This document shows, piece after piece, positions 47,691-60,155 of a DNA stretch of 64,000 nucleotides. The notes beneath the pieces were generated by a model. It was not told where the DNA came from, made no database searches, and saw only the letters and a list, made by a program, of their open reading frames with translations. Positions within the stretch are counted from its first letter, which is position 1, and each line of letters starts with the position of its first letter. Position numbers and translations under genes: made by a program. The DNA comes from Asterias rubens (Eukaryota), in contig NC_047068.1 in assembly GCF_902459465.1 (NCBI RefSeq), positions 5,270,001 through 5,334,000 on the forward strand. The letters run 5' to 3'.

Positions 47691-50503
47691 TAAGAAGTAA
47701 TCCAAAACCGTATTATGGTCTTGATAAAGTGGTATGCCGTACTACAGTCCGTAATGCAAGTCATGTTGAAGGCTAGACTTGGTGAGCTGTGTATACCAGC
47801 GGAACTCTACCTTTCTTGTTGTCTGGGGACCAATTCTTCTACTGACTTAGGAATTCATTACTTGTTAGGTCGTCCGTGTTGTCTCAAGGCTTCTGTGTCT
47901 CATCATTCATTCATTCATTCATTCATTTCTTTATTCAATACTCCACCTAGTGGTACAAACTTTGTCAAACCTTATTATCTCTCTGCCAAACTAATTTCTC
48001 GCTGGATAACGCAGCAAAGAAATTTCTTAAAACCAATTTCAATGAGGCAACCTTGTTCTCTGGAGCGTTTCCTGTAACCAAGGTGATAAAGAGCCTTCTT
48101 GAGTTTTCAATTCTTGGGATCCTGGCTCTCTGGTACACCTTTCACAAGTCGGCGCCTGTGGTCTCTCTTGGCGATTGCCTTGCTTACGTATCGTAATCAA
48201 GGGGACGATATTGTCCGCTTTTTGTCCAATGGTGATGAAAATGCCCGATTTAAATTCCTATTGTGACTTTGTGCACTCAAGGGGGCCGGTCTATCGATAC
48301 CGCGGGACCATCGCGGACCCACAAGCAGCCACAAGCCAAGAATCCAAACAATCGATTTTCTGTTTTTCTTTTCTTTAGAAAATTGGCAGAACAACTAGCT
48401 ATTGAAGGCTACATAGAAGAGTTTACGGTGCGCTACGCTAGCAACAACAACCTGTATCTACCAGGCGTGGACTGCTCGTTTTAACACCTTCATTAACAGC
48501 ATGAAAACGATCTGATCTGCTGACGAGTTTCTGAAGTTTCTTTTACATTTAGGACCAAACCAGCTTACCATGGAGGAATTAAACAGCGTGTCTAGTGAGT
48601 TTTAAGGTTCGTATCAAACAGAAGTTTGATATTTGCGAAGTTGTTGAAGGACAAACTTAACCAGGCAGAATGCCTTTAAACTGCTTGGTGTTATGTTGCA
48701 CTACTAGTGCTTTTTAATTATTAATGAACTTCCGAGGCTCAACGATGGCATCTACTCGTTAGTACTAGAGCTCCACATCAGCCACTTATGGCTGTGAACA
48801 TTCAGCGCTATACAGGTGTTGTTGAGAGTAAATCACCAGGGAAACGCCGTCATATGTTCCTGTTTTGGTCATTTCCCATCGACTAGAGAATCCATTAGAC
48901 TCCTCATCAAGTAATGACACGAGGAGCTATACCAGATGATAAAGAAGATGAAATGTAATGAGAAAGAAGGAGAGAATATTGATGTCTTAGGACTTTGGTT
49001 TGATCCAAATGGTCATCATTCATCATCTACCCCTCAGCCATCGAGGACCTGACCGGGTGAATATGTCTGCTGTGACGCTTCAAATTCACCCTCCCTGCAT
49101 CGAGAAACAGGTGCGTTCAATTGATTTTCATTTCCACTTTTTTCCTAATATTATGATATGTTGAGGGGCCTACATGGAGAGTCGAACGCTTTATATAGGA
49201 TATGACTTATTTATTTTTAGAATTTCCTTTTCATTTAATTTGTGTAAAACGTCGCCAAACAAATTGTTTACAAAAGAAGGGTGATATAAATCAATAATTT
49301 GTTCCGAGACAGAACAGCGACATGTATGTACTATAAAACCATCTCGTAGTTTTGCATTACATTGGCATTATACGCTTTAACTTCTTTACGAAGATTCGAA
49401 TTGTCGATGGGAACGTCTTGAATGATATAAAGATTCACGAGGAGAGGGACATGGCATGAACCATGGAAAGGAAAGCTGGCATGACGTTAACAAAGCAAAC
49501 AACAACAACATCAACAACGACAACAATATTGCAACGTCATTTCACTACATTAACCCCTCCTTTGTACTTGTAAAAAAAAAGCGAATCGACAAACCATTAA
49601 TTATCCATTTATCTACATGGATCGTTCATAATGAAAAAATTGGCACCAGGATTCTAACATTCATATTATAAAAATTGCAGGCTGGCATACGCATGAAACC
49701 TATGTTGATGCTTTTAAATGTTGATTTGGGGGGTTTTGTACAATTTCGGACAATAAAAAAAAGACATACCAAATTTTAAAGATCGATGTATGATGTTGTC
49801 ATCTTTCTCAATTTCAAATGATTTAAGCGGAACTTTGCTTTGCCCGCGAAGTTTATGGTTTGGTACCAATTTCTTTTACCAAGTTGGAATTGTCACACTC
49901 TAAAATATGATAGTCAAAACAACACTGATTAGTCATATGAGACATGATTTTGATGTAAGGGAAATCTAAAATATGTGTCATGCGACTAATTAGTGTCAGT
50001 TGTTTTGACTAATGTATTTTTAGAGTGCACGATCATTCAGGAGAGCCTTAATGATGTTTGGGGTTTTGTTTTAACTCTTCCGTCGGCTCAAGATGAAACG
50101 AAGTCCTTTGAAATATGAACCCGTTATGAATGGACAGGGTCGAGGTTGTTAAGCTCTCGATGAATATTAGGTTTCCAATCTTTATTGCGCGTGATTGAAT
50201 ATCAACTGCAAACTCTTAATTAATTCTTTCTAGCCATTGATTAAGCTTTTCATTGGTCAATAATAAACCAAGCGAAAACTTCTTAGAAATGCAACAGATA
50301 AAGTCCTCTCTCCAATAGACAGGGATGTATTGTTTGAAATGAATCCACGTTAGCTGTGCGATGACAGATCAGTCTAAGGGCTTTCTCTTGAGTCAAATAG
50401 TTTGATAAGTCAAATATAATATTATTTTCTCTTGTGAATTTGCAGATGTGACAACCACCGTGATTTCGTCGACATCAAGACACCGAGAAGCAACCTCTTC
50501 AAG

Positions 50504-51844
50504 ATGCCAGTGAAGCTCCTTGCAACCAACCCTTTCACTGAACCAGCCCGCCTGGAATATGAACCGTCACCCTCACCAGCAACGCGCACCTATCGCTGGA
50601 AAAGACCCCTCGGAGTTCTACCCCAGCATCTAAGACCGAGTAACAACCAAACCCGAGGGGGACTCGTGTTGGCTGGACGGTCAAACAATCAGGCCAGGTT
50701 ATCAGATGCCAGACAGTTGTACAGCATGACACAGGTCGCTACTGAGCATCTCAAATCAGCTTCGCAGCAAGGTTTTCGGGAGGAGACTAAGAGTTGTGAT
50801 TTAGACTCTTACAGACTTGGAACTCCATCGTATGGTGTCAATAATAACAATCACACAAATCAAAAGAGCAGTAGTAGCAAAACACAGTTGCCAAATATTA
50901 AACCAGATGAAGGTTCAAGACATGGCTTTGAGTACAGAGTCGGTAGACAAACATACAGTAGGACCGAAGTATTGTTGAAACTTCAGCGGAGACGGAAACA
51001 CGTTGGACGGCAAGGTGGAGCAGACAGTACCGGTGTAGCTGATGGGAGACTTAGTAAAGATTTACCCGGTATCAATATGAGAGAATCACCTCCCGACTCA
51101 CGTGAAGCCAGCTCCATCACTAGACTGACGAACAATTCATCAGATTCTGGGTGTTACAGTAGGGAATCTACAGGTGCAAAGAGTCGAAGCCCGCCCTCTA
51201 AAGGTAGAAAAGTCGACTGTTCCTTGATATCCAAAGTAGGTCAAACTATTGACTCTAGTGTGAGTGAGGTTTCCCTATACAGCTCAACTGATATACAACA
51301 TGAATCCAATCGACATAAAGCTCGTATAGGATTCGTTGAGGTGGCTACCCCACTCAATCGAGACAAGGATGATGTAGAGATTCTAGAGGATCGATCAGCC
51401 AGCACATCCAGCCCTGTAGTGTCGAACGATGTCGACAGTGTTTGTGAAGAGCTGCAGAAGATTGTCCTGCAACGTTCAACACCTCAGAACCTCATCTGCG
51501 ATACTGCATGTGCTACACACTACCGTGAGGAGAACAACCTCTCACAAGCCTCACACATCTCAGATAAAGATCGGTTGGTGAGGGCTATGCAAGCTCTTCA
51601 ACCTCCCGTACCTCACGTCGTGTGGCCAGAGAACAAATACTACACCCCTCATACTGTGTTTGTTTACGGCAGTCCGTCCCGGTTGGCACCGATGGTCATA
51701 CCGTCTCATAGCGTCGATTGCCCGCAGTGCAAGCTGTACCAAGCATCCTCATACGGGGACATTTGTCCACCTAACAGTCCAACTCCCTGGATGCAAAAAG
51801 AATACGGGTTTTATCCAGTGGAGAGACACTTTTTATCTAAATGA
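50504..51844 (+). CDS. Uncharacterised 446-aa Ser/Arg-rich protein with C-terminal HSVDCPxC...ICPPNSP motif
   Basis: 1341-nt ORF. Strong acceptor TTTTCTCTTGTGAATTTGCAG| at 50445 starts the exon. Motif shared with the ORF at 34894. Confidence 0.85.
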   Translation: MPVKLLATNPFTEPARLEYEPSPSPATRTYRWKRPLGVLPQHLRPSNNQTRGGLVLAGRSNNQARLSDARQLYSMTQVATEHLKSASQQGFREETKSCDLDSYRLGTPSYGVNNNNHTNQKSSSSKTQLPNIKPDEGSRHGFEYRVGRQTYSRTEVLLKLQRRRKHVGRQGGADSTGVADGRLSKDLPGINMRESPPDSREASSITRLTNNSSDSGCYSRESTGAKSRSPPSKGRKVDCSLISKVGQTIDSSVSEVSLYSSTDIQHESNRHKARIGFVEVATPLNRDKDDVEILEDRSASTSSPVVSNDVDSVCEELQKIVLQRSTPQNLICDTACATHYREENNLSQASHISDKDRLVRAMQALQPPVPHVVWPENKYYTPHTVFVYGSPSRLAPMVIPSHSVDCPQCKLYQASSYGDICPPNSPTPWMQKEYGFYPVERHFLSK

Positions 51845-52014
51845 ACTATTTTAGAAGAGACTTGACGGGAAATGAAGCAATACAACTACACCCTGATAAG
51901 TCATTGTGCCTTCAATTCAGTATAAATATTATTCCTTCATTTGTTTGTATTTATTCTACTATTAAACCATTTTAATGTTCATGTTTTGCCATCGGATACG
52001 AAAAACCTGCTCAA

Positions 52015-52379
52015 AGCCATTGGACCCTTTCGGTAAACACTATTGTCCAAGGCCCACACTTCGTGTATCACAACTTCTATATCAAATAACAAACCTGTGA
52101 AAGTTTAGGCTCAATCGGTCATCGGAGTCTGGAAAAAATAACGGGAAAACCCACCCGTGTATCCGCGCGTTTCGCCGTGTCATGACATGTGTTTAAAATA
52201 AATCCGTAATTCTCGCTAACGAGAATCGATATTGTTTTACTGTTTTCTCAAAAGGTAAAGCATTTCATGGAATAATATTTCAAGGGAAAACTTTCACCAC
52301 TACCTTCTGTAAACCCTGTAAGTTATTTGTAAATCTGTGAACTTTTTTTTTCTTTCTGTACCGAAAGGGTCCAATAGCT
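52015..52379. mobile_element. Kolobok-like MITE, subfamily B (inverted relative to 301-675)
   Basis: AGCCATTGGACCCTTTCGG ... CCGAAAGGGTCCAATAGCT|TTAA. Confidence 0.8.
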
Positions 52380-53400
52380 TTAACGGGCTAAACTTATACA
52401 TTGTAGTTTAAAAACGTGTTAATAACGCACGTTTTGAAACTACAAATAACGGTTATTAAAGTGTTTATGGTCGGAGTTAATGAAGACAGTAGAGTAGAAA
52501 TATATAAATCAGAACTGTTGGTCAAATTTACTATTACATACAATTCTTGCCCTGACAATTATTTTGTTGATCAGGCTGAAGCCCGGTTTATTACTTCTTG
52601 CAAATGCGTATGCGAAGCAAATTTTGACGTCACATCCTTTGCGGGAAATGTTTCGCAGGGGTTGATCACGACTCAACTGTTGCAAATTAATTTGTGGCGT
52701 CAACATTCGTATTATATTCGCAGGAAATATGAACCGGCGGGCTTTAATAGTCGGCCAATGTTATAGAGATCGGCCAACATTCAATGGAATGTCATACATG
52801 TTTTATGAAACTGTCGACATATCACACACAAAGATGTGGTTGTCGGCCGTCGTTTGTAATGCTGCATAATTAATCAAAAACACAAACGTGTACATTTATA
52901 GATGTTCATACAGACACTCCGTAGAGTTAGTTTAGATTTTCACCGTTGTTTGCATTTTATTGTACGGAAGGAAGGAATGGCCTACGTCTTTTACGCCCAC
53001 TACTATCAGGATTTGTATTATAACTATAGCCCCGCCCCCGCTCCTCGTTATTTAGAATATCATGTAACCGCATCCAATGATAGATCACTTAACCAAAATG
53101 CATATCTAAAATGTTATAAGGGTTTTCAATTCTAAAAGTTTTAACCAACATGTTGTTATTCCGCCTATAGCGAGATGTACAATTTTAATTTTGGTACCTT
53201 ATACAATGCAAGAATCCCGGACAAAAAGTCAACCGATATTCACTGATCCGTGGAGAGTATGAACATCCATTTTGAACAAACTTTATTTGGTTTTTTTCTG
53301 CTGTTGCAAGCTGCTCACCAAAAAGGGTATCGAAACGCAAAACACAAGTTTATGGCCGTCTTTTCGGCTGTTCAAAACGGCACGCCACAAGCGGGTGATG

Positions 53401-53535
53401 TATCAATGTACATGTATTTGCGGTACGCACTGGATGGTTATGTCCTTTTGAGAACTTGTCTTACTTTTTATTCTACTGCCGCGGAGTAGATTTTTCAGAA
53501 TTCGGGAGACTTCTCAGTCCTAGAAAGAACTGTCC
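53401..53535 (+). mobile_element. Partial copy of the 58.9-kb fold-back element family (left arm only)
   Basis: TATCAATGTA...TATTCTACTGCCGCGGAGTAGAT...TTCGGGAGACTTCTCAGT...AAAGAACTGTCCT matches 58924-59073. Confidence 0.65.
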
Positions 53536-54447
53536 TGCTTATTGGCTGATTGGTGAAGGTTTTAGAGACTGCCATTTTGTGTTTTCATCTATTATTTTGT
53601 AACTACTCTAGATGAACAATGTTGTGTAAGTTTTAACCATCATGATGCATCATGTCAATGGTTTTCTTTTGACACACGGTGGTGTACGGGTACATTGTAC
53701 CCCCGACACCCCCCCCCCCCCCCCCATCTATGCCATTCCGTCCATGACGTCAGAGGTCATAGAGTTCAACTTCTGACTGCATCATCTCCTCAATACCGAG
53801 TCTGCATTTTCCATTTTGATACACATCAACATGAACATAACATGACAAGATGTGACCAACCATTTTAATGAAATTTGTAGAAACTTGTTTTTGGATGAGT
53901 TTAATTGAAAAACTATGGAGGACGAGAATGATTGTACTCTTTCCAACAAACAAACAAATTAATAAGCAACCACACCAAAATAATGATGTGTCTTTATAAA
54001 TTGTTAACGTTAAAATTATTATTCTCCTTTTTGCTTATTAAACTTAAATCATATATCAAAGTAATTATCTTTGTACATTTTAACAGCCAATAAAACAAAA
54101 TAGACAAATATACTGAAGAGTTGTTGACTTGATATCATTCCATCTCTGTTTTGTTTTGTACAATGAATCACAGGCAACCAACAGGTTTTTGCTCTAAGGG
54201 TCATGCCTATACAGTTTCAGTATCGGTTAACTATTTAATCACTAGCTTATTTGATTTATGTATAGAAATAAAGCTGATCGAATGAATGAAAAACTGGAGA
54301 TGAAAGTTTCTTAAAGACAAAGTACACCTATTTTTTTGTAAACCGTTCGATTATTAAAATCCTATAATAAGCATTTAACTTCAAATAATTGTCGCGTTTT
54401 TGAAAACTCGCCGAGAATCCGGAGTGAATAATGTCTGTGCAGGAGAA

Positions 54448-54636
54448 CGACGGATGGTTCTGCGACGGTAAAGATGACATTTGGCGTCATCTGCGCATGC
54501 GTCGGCTTTGAGGACGTTCGTCCCTCAATTTCTACGACAGTACTTGGGATGAATCTTCGTTGTGCTGAAAACGACAACGTTTAGCTGAACAACCGTCGAA
54601 GAACCATCCGTCGCCGAAAACGAAAAGTCCCTAATG
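54448..54636. mobile_element. Inverted-repeat MITE-like element (possibly Harbinger-type)
   Basis: 20/21-bp inverted repeat at 54448-54468 and 54593-54613; right terminus GTCCCTAAT. Confidence 0.5.
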
Positions 54637-54732
54637 CCTATATAGGAAAACACAACCTGAGAAACGTTACCGCAGAAACGCTTCTCAGATTCAAATTTTA
54701 GGGCATAACATTTAAAATGTTTTTAAGTAACC

Positions 54733-54811
54733 ACTATACTATACTATACTATACTATACTATACTATACTATACTATACTATACTATACTATACTATACT
54801 ATACTATACTA
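54733..54811. repeat. (ACTAT)n pentanucleotide microsatellite, about 16 units
   Basis: Directly visible. Confidence 0.98.
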
Positions 54812-56323
54812 CAAAAGGCATTTATAAAGCGATCTTACAAAAAAAATGTATCAGTGCTTTACACAGAGAGAAAAATAGCAAAATCAAGATAAACATTCAA
54901 CATGATAAAGAGTCATATAAATAGGTTATGAGAGCTTTTCTGAAGGCTGCTAATAAAGATGAATGGCGTATATTGTAGGGTAATCGGTTCCACATAGTAG
55001 GCCCTGCAGCAGAGAAACCCCAGTCACCAGATGAAGTGCGAGAATGGGGGATGATCAGAACTCTGTTATCTTTGGCAGATCGCAGTCCTTCTCTAGTTGG
55101 AACATACGGATAAACGAGTTCTTTGAGACAACGCGGAGCATCTGTGTCGGTGATACATTTAAAAACAATTGTGAGAAGTTTGAACCAATTAAAAGCTGCT
55201 AGTATAGGCTTCTAACCAACAGTTTTAATTGCCAATAATTTTAAGAGAGACTACCGAACGTATACCTTCCCTTTAAGAAACTAAATTTGCGCATCAACGA
55301 AACTTCCCAAAGATTGACCTTTTAGTCTAAAGCATTATAATACTTACAAAACATCTTGTGTAAATTTGATTTCAACGAAATCATAAAAGGCTAAATGGTT
55401 TCTCTGAAATCTCCCGGAAAACAGTCATACTCAAGTTTCGTTAAAAGCATTTTGTTTAAGCTCTTATGACAACAATCTTGTTTCTCGAACATGGAAGTCA
55501 AGAACTGTTGACGCAGTTACGGCAATTAATATGATTGTCCATCAGTCACTCCTGCTGACTGGATATAATAGAGATCAATTATATCAAGAGATCTTGTAAA
55601 GGTCTTTAAGATTATGGAAATACAGCAATGGGTGGTAGTGTACCTCACACCGTGGAGTTGGTACGCCCTGATACTGGGGTAGATATTCACGCGCGTATCT
55701 ATTCATTAGTCACTGATTGACGTGTGCATTGAATGTGCATTCAGTGAGTGACATACAAACTACAATATAATTAAAGTGACAGGCATTAATGACGTCACCT
55801 GAAACAATAGCCTTCCTTCCGTGTGATAAATGAAAGGTGGGGAAGTCTTTAACGAATAAAAGTTCATTTGATGGAGGGAGGGTTTCTTTGAATACCAGCG
55901 GGAATAAACTAATAAGGACGATTGTCCCAATTGTAGAAAACGCTTTATTGGACATAAGACGATAGGCCCCTCAAACCAGCATGGGTTCTCTATTAAGTTT
56001 TGATTCTTAGAAAGTAACACGCATGCGATTATCAAAGCACTGATGGTCAATAGAGTTCATCATCAGATTCAGTTAAGGAGTGAAAGTTGAGGAGGGACAT
56101 TTTATTTGAAGACGAACCCAAGACGGACGCACCACTCTGAAAACTCTCTTCTCATTCCACTATCTCTTTGGTTTTGAGATGTTAGTAATGAAAGAAGGCT
56201 CGCGCATGTTGAACTGTAAACTCTAATGATATCAACTGTCTTTCTTCGCTGAGTTTTTCTCACAAGATAATTTATCTGCGGCCTGTAGTTTTACTGAACA
56301 TTGAGAGCAACCACACCATCATC

Positions 56324-57415
56324 ATGGCGCCTTCAAATGCACCACACATCTACCTATCTCCTCCAACAGAATTTTCTTCCGAGACAGTCCGAAAATACAT
56401 GAGCCTGAACAGAAGTACCTCTCGGACATCATGTATTACCGATACAAAAAGCTGCCCCGAGATCAGCAGCGGGTCACGGTGCCCTTCACCGCCGTCTAGT
56501 GACAGCGATCGACCCGTAAAGACACGGAGGAAGTCTGCCTGGACTCGCTCTTACACGGACCTCAGCGGAGATATGATAAGGGTACCCTATGGACAAAGTA
56601 GCAAGATGCAAAGGGTGTTGATGACCGGGAATGTCGCTGCCCAGAAACGTCTTGATATGGAGCTCAAGAAGCTATCCGTGGCAAAGCTTAAGAGGGAGGA
56701 GGAACTGACTTTGGAGAAATTAGATTTCATCGAGTCGGCATTCAAGAAGAGTGTTGCCATCGCAAAGGGACTTCAGAGGGACTATGACGCGATAGAACGC
56801 GTGGCATCTCGACACCGTGAAGTGGATCATCTACCACGAATATCAACAGCAAGATGTAGTTTGGTATCACGTTATTCACCTCACAGCTCGGTTGCATCTG
56901 CCGTTCAGACCACCACCAAGAAGCTTCAAGAACCCGGTGCAGATCATGAAGAGTCACAATCAGTGGTAAAGTTCCCAGTCATAACCACCGAGACACCCGG
57001 CATTGCAAACCAGTCTCCTGAACGGGGCTTCGTTCTATGCCAGAACAGGCGACTCTTGAAACAGGGCGAGACTATGCATGACCTGATTGAACATAACATG
57101 ATAAGCACTATCAAGCATGTTGGAATCCATCTTAATGTAGATGAACCTAACACCCCAAGGCAGCCTAAAGTCTTAGATGAGAATCCCATTGAGGCAAAGA
57201 GTTCTTCTTGTGACGATGAGAGATTCACCCGTCTCCAGGGTTCCTTAGTCCCGATGTGGGAGACAACAAGCTGGAACGAACGTCTCCAAAGAGAGAAAGA
57301 TGAAAGAGTGCTCCTTGGGATTGTGACGCCATCAAAGCCTACTAAAGACAATAAGATACGACTTGCTAGTAGCAAACGGGACACATTTGGAGTTCATAGG
57401 GACTCATTTTATTAA
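56324..57415 (+). CDS. Uncharacterised 363-aa protein with Ser-rich N-terminus and a probable central coiled coil
   Basis: 1092-nt ORF with good start context ATCATGG. AAQKRLDMELKKLSVAKLKREEELTLEKLDFIESAFKK is heptad-like and charged. Confidence 0.8.
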   Translation: MAPSNAPHIYLSPPTEFSSETVRKYMSLNRSTSRTSCITDTKSCPEISSGSRCPSPPSSDSDRPVKTRRKSAWTRSYTDLSGDMIRVPYGQSSKMQRVLMTGNVAAQKRLDMELKKLSVAKLKREEELTLEKLDFIESAFKKSVAIAKGLQRDYDAIERVASRHREVDHLPRISTARCSLVSRYSPHSSVASAVQTTTKKLQEPGADHEESQSVVKFPVITTETPGIANQSPERGFVLCQNRRLLKQGETMHDLIEHNMISTIKHVGIHLNVDEPNTPRQPKVLDENPIEAKSSSCDDERFTRLQGSLVPMWETTSWNERLQREKDERVLLGIVTPSKPTKDNKIRLASSKRDTFGVHRDSFY

Positions 57416-58927
57416 TTGATATATTATATAAAATTGAACTTCTTCAAAGTACATGTAAATGTTATTGAATATTACAAAACGAATATGAATCAATGTTGAT
57501 AAAAACTGATTGCTTATCGTATTGATCACCGGACAGTGTTCTAGAATTATAAAGATCCTGGTTTTCATTTTATTTATTGAAACCTACTGTACTTAAACCT
57601 GTTAAATACAAATTATGTGAATTTATAGAAACTGTATCAATTTACTTACTTAATCTTAAATATTTAGAATCAAAAACATATTTGATCTGACCATTTACGA
57701 AACTTAAAAGCAGCCTTTTGTATTCAGCAGCTTTGCATCTTTAGTTAAAAATCGTCATTCAATTTCAAATTTGAGGCATGAGAATTTAAGTAGCACAGGC
57801 ATATAATATTCAAATCAACTTAAGCAATGCGAAATCTGCCTTTACCATGCGTAGGACTCAACTACATTTCAGTGAATGGCTGTTACGAAATTAAATAAAG
57901 TTCTGGGTGTTTTTCCTAAATGAAAGCTGTGCACCTGTCATAATCACATGAGACAAAAGACCAATAATTGCTCACACATTGCGTAAAATTAATTCGATCT
58001 ACTGTTTTAAGATCTCCGAACATGACAGAAAAATCTAGAATATTTAAATTATTATTTCTTTCAAGTTTCCATAGCTGAATTTTACAAAATAATAGCTAAT
58101 GATTATATACGGCGAATTATTGCTAAGCAAAGTGTGATGATAGAATACACTGTCACTATGGTAACTCTGACAACTCATCTTAAGAAGAATCCTTTAAAAT
58201 GCTTAGTAAAATCGAGCCTTGGACCCTTCACAAAGAGTTAATTTATCTTAACTGCGAACTCTTAATTAAATTGTAGCCTACTAAGTGTGATGTCGCAATA
58301 CAAATCACTTTGACAGTGATCACAACTCATCTTAAAGATGAAGTTTTTGAGAAATCGAACCTTAGCATCGTGGGCTCCATGTTAAACACTAGAAAGTTAA
58401 CGCAAAGTTCAGACACATTTTCTGTCTTAAGATGTTTTATTGACTCCTTGCAATGACGGCCCCTTGCAATGACGACACATGACGTCATTGCATGATATCT
58501 ATCAATGGTTCTTTCTAGATTGTTTGTCAATTCGTAGCCTTTCATCAAGGCGTTGGTGGTTTTATAGCAGAGCTGTGTAAGCGTGAAGTGTCAGGAAGGC
58601 ACGCACGCTTAGTGGCAAAGCCGCGTGGCATTTTCCAACTTGATTTTGAAATGTTGTTTTGAATTGTTCATGTACATGTATAATCAAATATAAAATCTGT
58701 ATTTGTGATGCAAATCAGTAAAGTGAATGACGCAAGTCATTGTTACGCAAGAAAACATCATACCAGAAAAAAATCAACCAATTATTTCAAAATTATTTAA
58801 AATGAACACGGGGCAATTCAATGATCAAAGCAGGTGCTTCAAATTGTTTAATTCCTGGAATATCAACCACAGATGTTGTAAATTATTGTGAATAATAAAG
58901 ATTTGAGGCATTGCATGGTGAGGTATC

Positions 58928-59339
58928 AATGTATATTTGGTTTGCGGTAACACTATGTGTGTATCTACTTGCCAGGTAGAGTTGTTCTTAGGGAACTGTC
59001 TTGCTTTATTCTACTGCCGTGGAGTAGATAATCGGAGGTTCGGGAGACTTCTCAGTTCTGAAAAGAACTGTCCTATTTTTTAACTATTACCAGGGCGGAT
59101 GGTATAGAAATTAGACTGGACTACTACTTTAGCTTATAGGATCGTAATTAACTGTACTGCCGCGGAGTCAGTTCTGAAATTGGTCTCAACGTTTCGACTA
59201 GCTTGCTCTAGTCATCGTCAGGAGACTGATTATCTACTCCACGGCAGTAGAATAAAGCAAGACAGTTCCCTAAGAACAACTCTACCTGGCAAGTACATGT
59301 AGATACACACATGGTGTTACCGCAAACCAAATATACATT
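58928..59339. mobile_element. Fold-back element with inverted arms of about 105 bp enclosing a hammerhead ribozyme
   Basis: Arms 58928-59033 and 59228-59339 are near-perfect reverse complements; the hammerhead sits at the inner edge of the right arm. Confidence 0.8.
59183..59226 (-). ncRNA. Minimal type-I hammerhead ribozyme (Penelope/retrozyme type), apparently intact
   Basis: GTCTC-CTGACGA-T-GACTAG-agcaag-CTAGTC-GAAAC-GTT-GAGAC: 5-bp stem I, CUGANGA and GAAA core, 6-bp stem II, loop-less palindromic stem III (ACGT) and NUH site GUU. Confidence 0.75.
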
Positions 59340-59649
59340 AAATAATAAAGACTTATCTATTGATGTAAATAAACGAAACGTATATGTAAGTGTACGGTTT
59401 TTTTTTGATGATTAAAGAGCATTTTCCTTCTGATTTATTGAAACAAAATCATTCTTGAAAAGTAAGTTTTCCGAAATGTCTACAACTGAGTCAAATTCCC
59501 TCTGGGAACCAACTAAGACGTTTTTAAGATTAAAGTTTGAGGCACAAGAAATGGGCAGGTATTCAGCCAAATAACTAATAGTGAATCCTTTGAACACTAG
59601 AGGTTGTGGTTATATACAAACAAATAGATAAAAGGAGCATTTAGAAAAG

Positions 59650-60155
59650 GAAAAACAGACAAACCTGTCAGATTATGGGAGATCAGTCTTACCAACAATC
59701 TTTAAAACCGTCACCATGGTGACCATCACTGTGCCGTAAAATGCGGGCCATTACATGAGAGGGTTATTATGGGATATATCATTGAACCGACCGTTATAAA
59801 CCAGAGGAACGATGAGGGCAGGAGATCCCCCCCCCCCCACATTTTGGTAAACCATTTCTTCTGATATAGCGCCCTCTTTTGAATCATCCTCCTTTAGCCT
59901 GAAAAACAGACAAACCTGTCAGATTATGGGAGATCAGTCTTACCAACAATCTTTAAAACCGTCACCATGGTGACCATTACTGTGCCGTAAAATGCGGGCC
60001 ATTACATGAGAGGGTTATTATGGGATATATCATTGAACCGACCGTTATAAACCAGAGGAACGATGAGGGCAGGAGATCCCCCCCCCCCCCCCACATTTTG
60101 GTAAACCATTTCTTCTGATATAGCGCCCTCTTTTGAATCATCCTTCTTTAGCCTG
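59650..60155. repeat. 251-bp direct tandem duplication (2 copies)
   Basis: 59650-59900 repeated at 59901-60155 with few differences, mainly poly-C length. Confidence 0.95.

Noticed and set aside
47715-49100. Moderately GC-rich region that might be a decayed retroelement or exons
   Set aside because: The frames I translated are broken by stops and show no RT, integrase or other recognisable motif.
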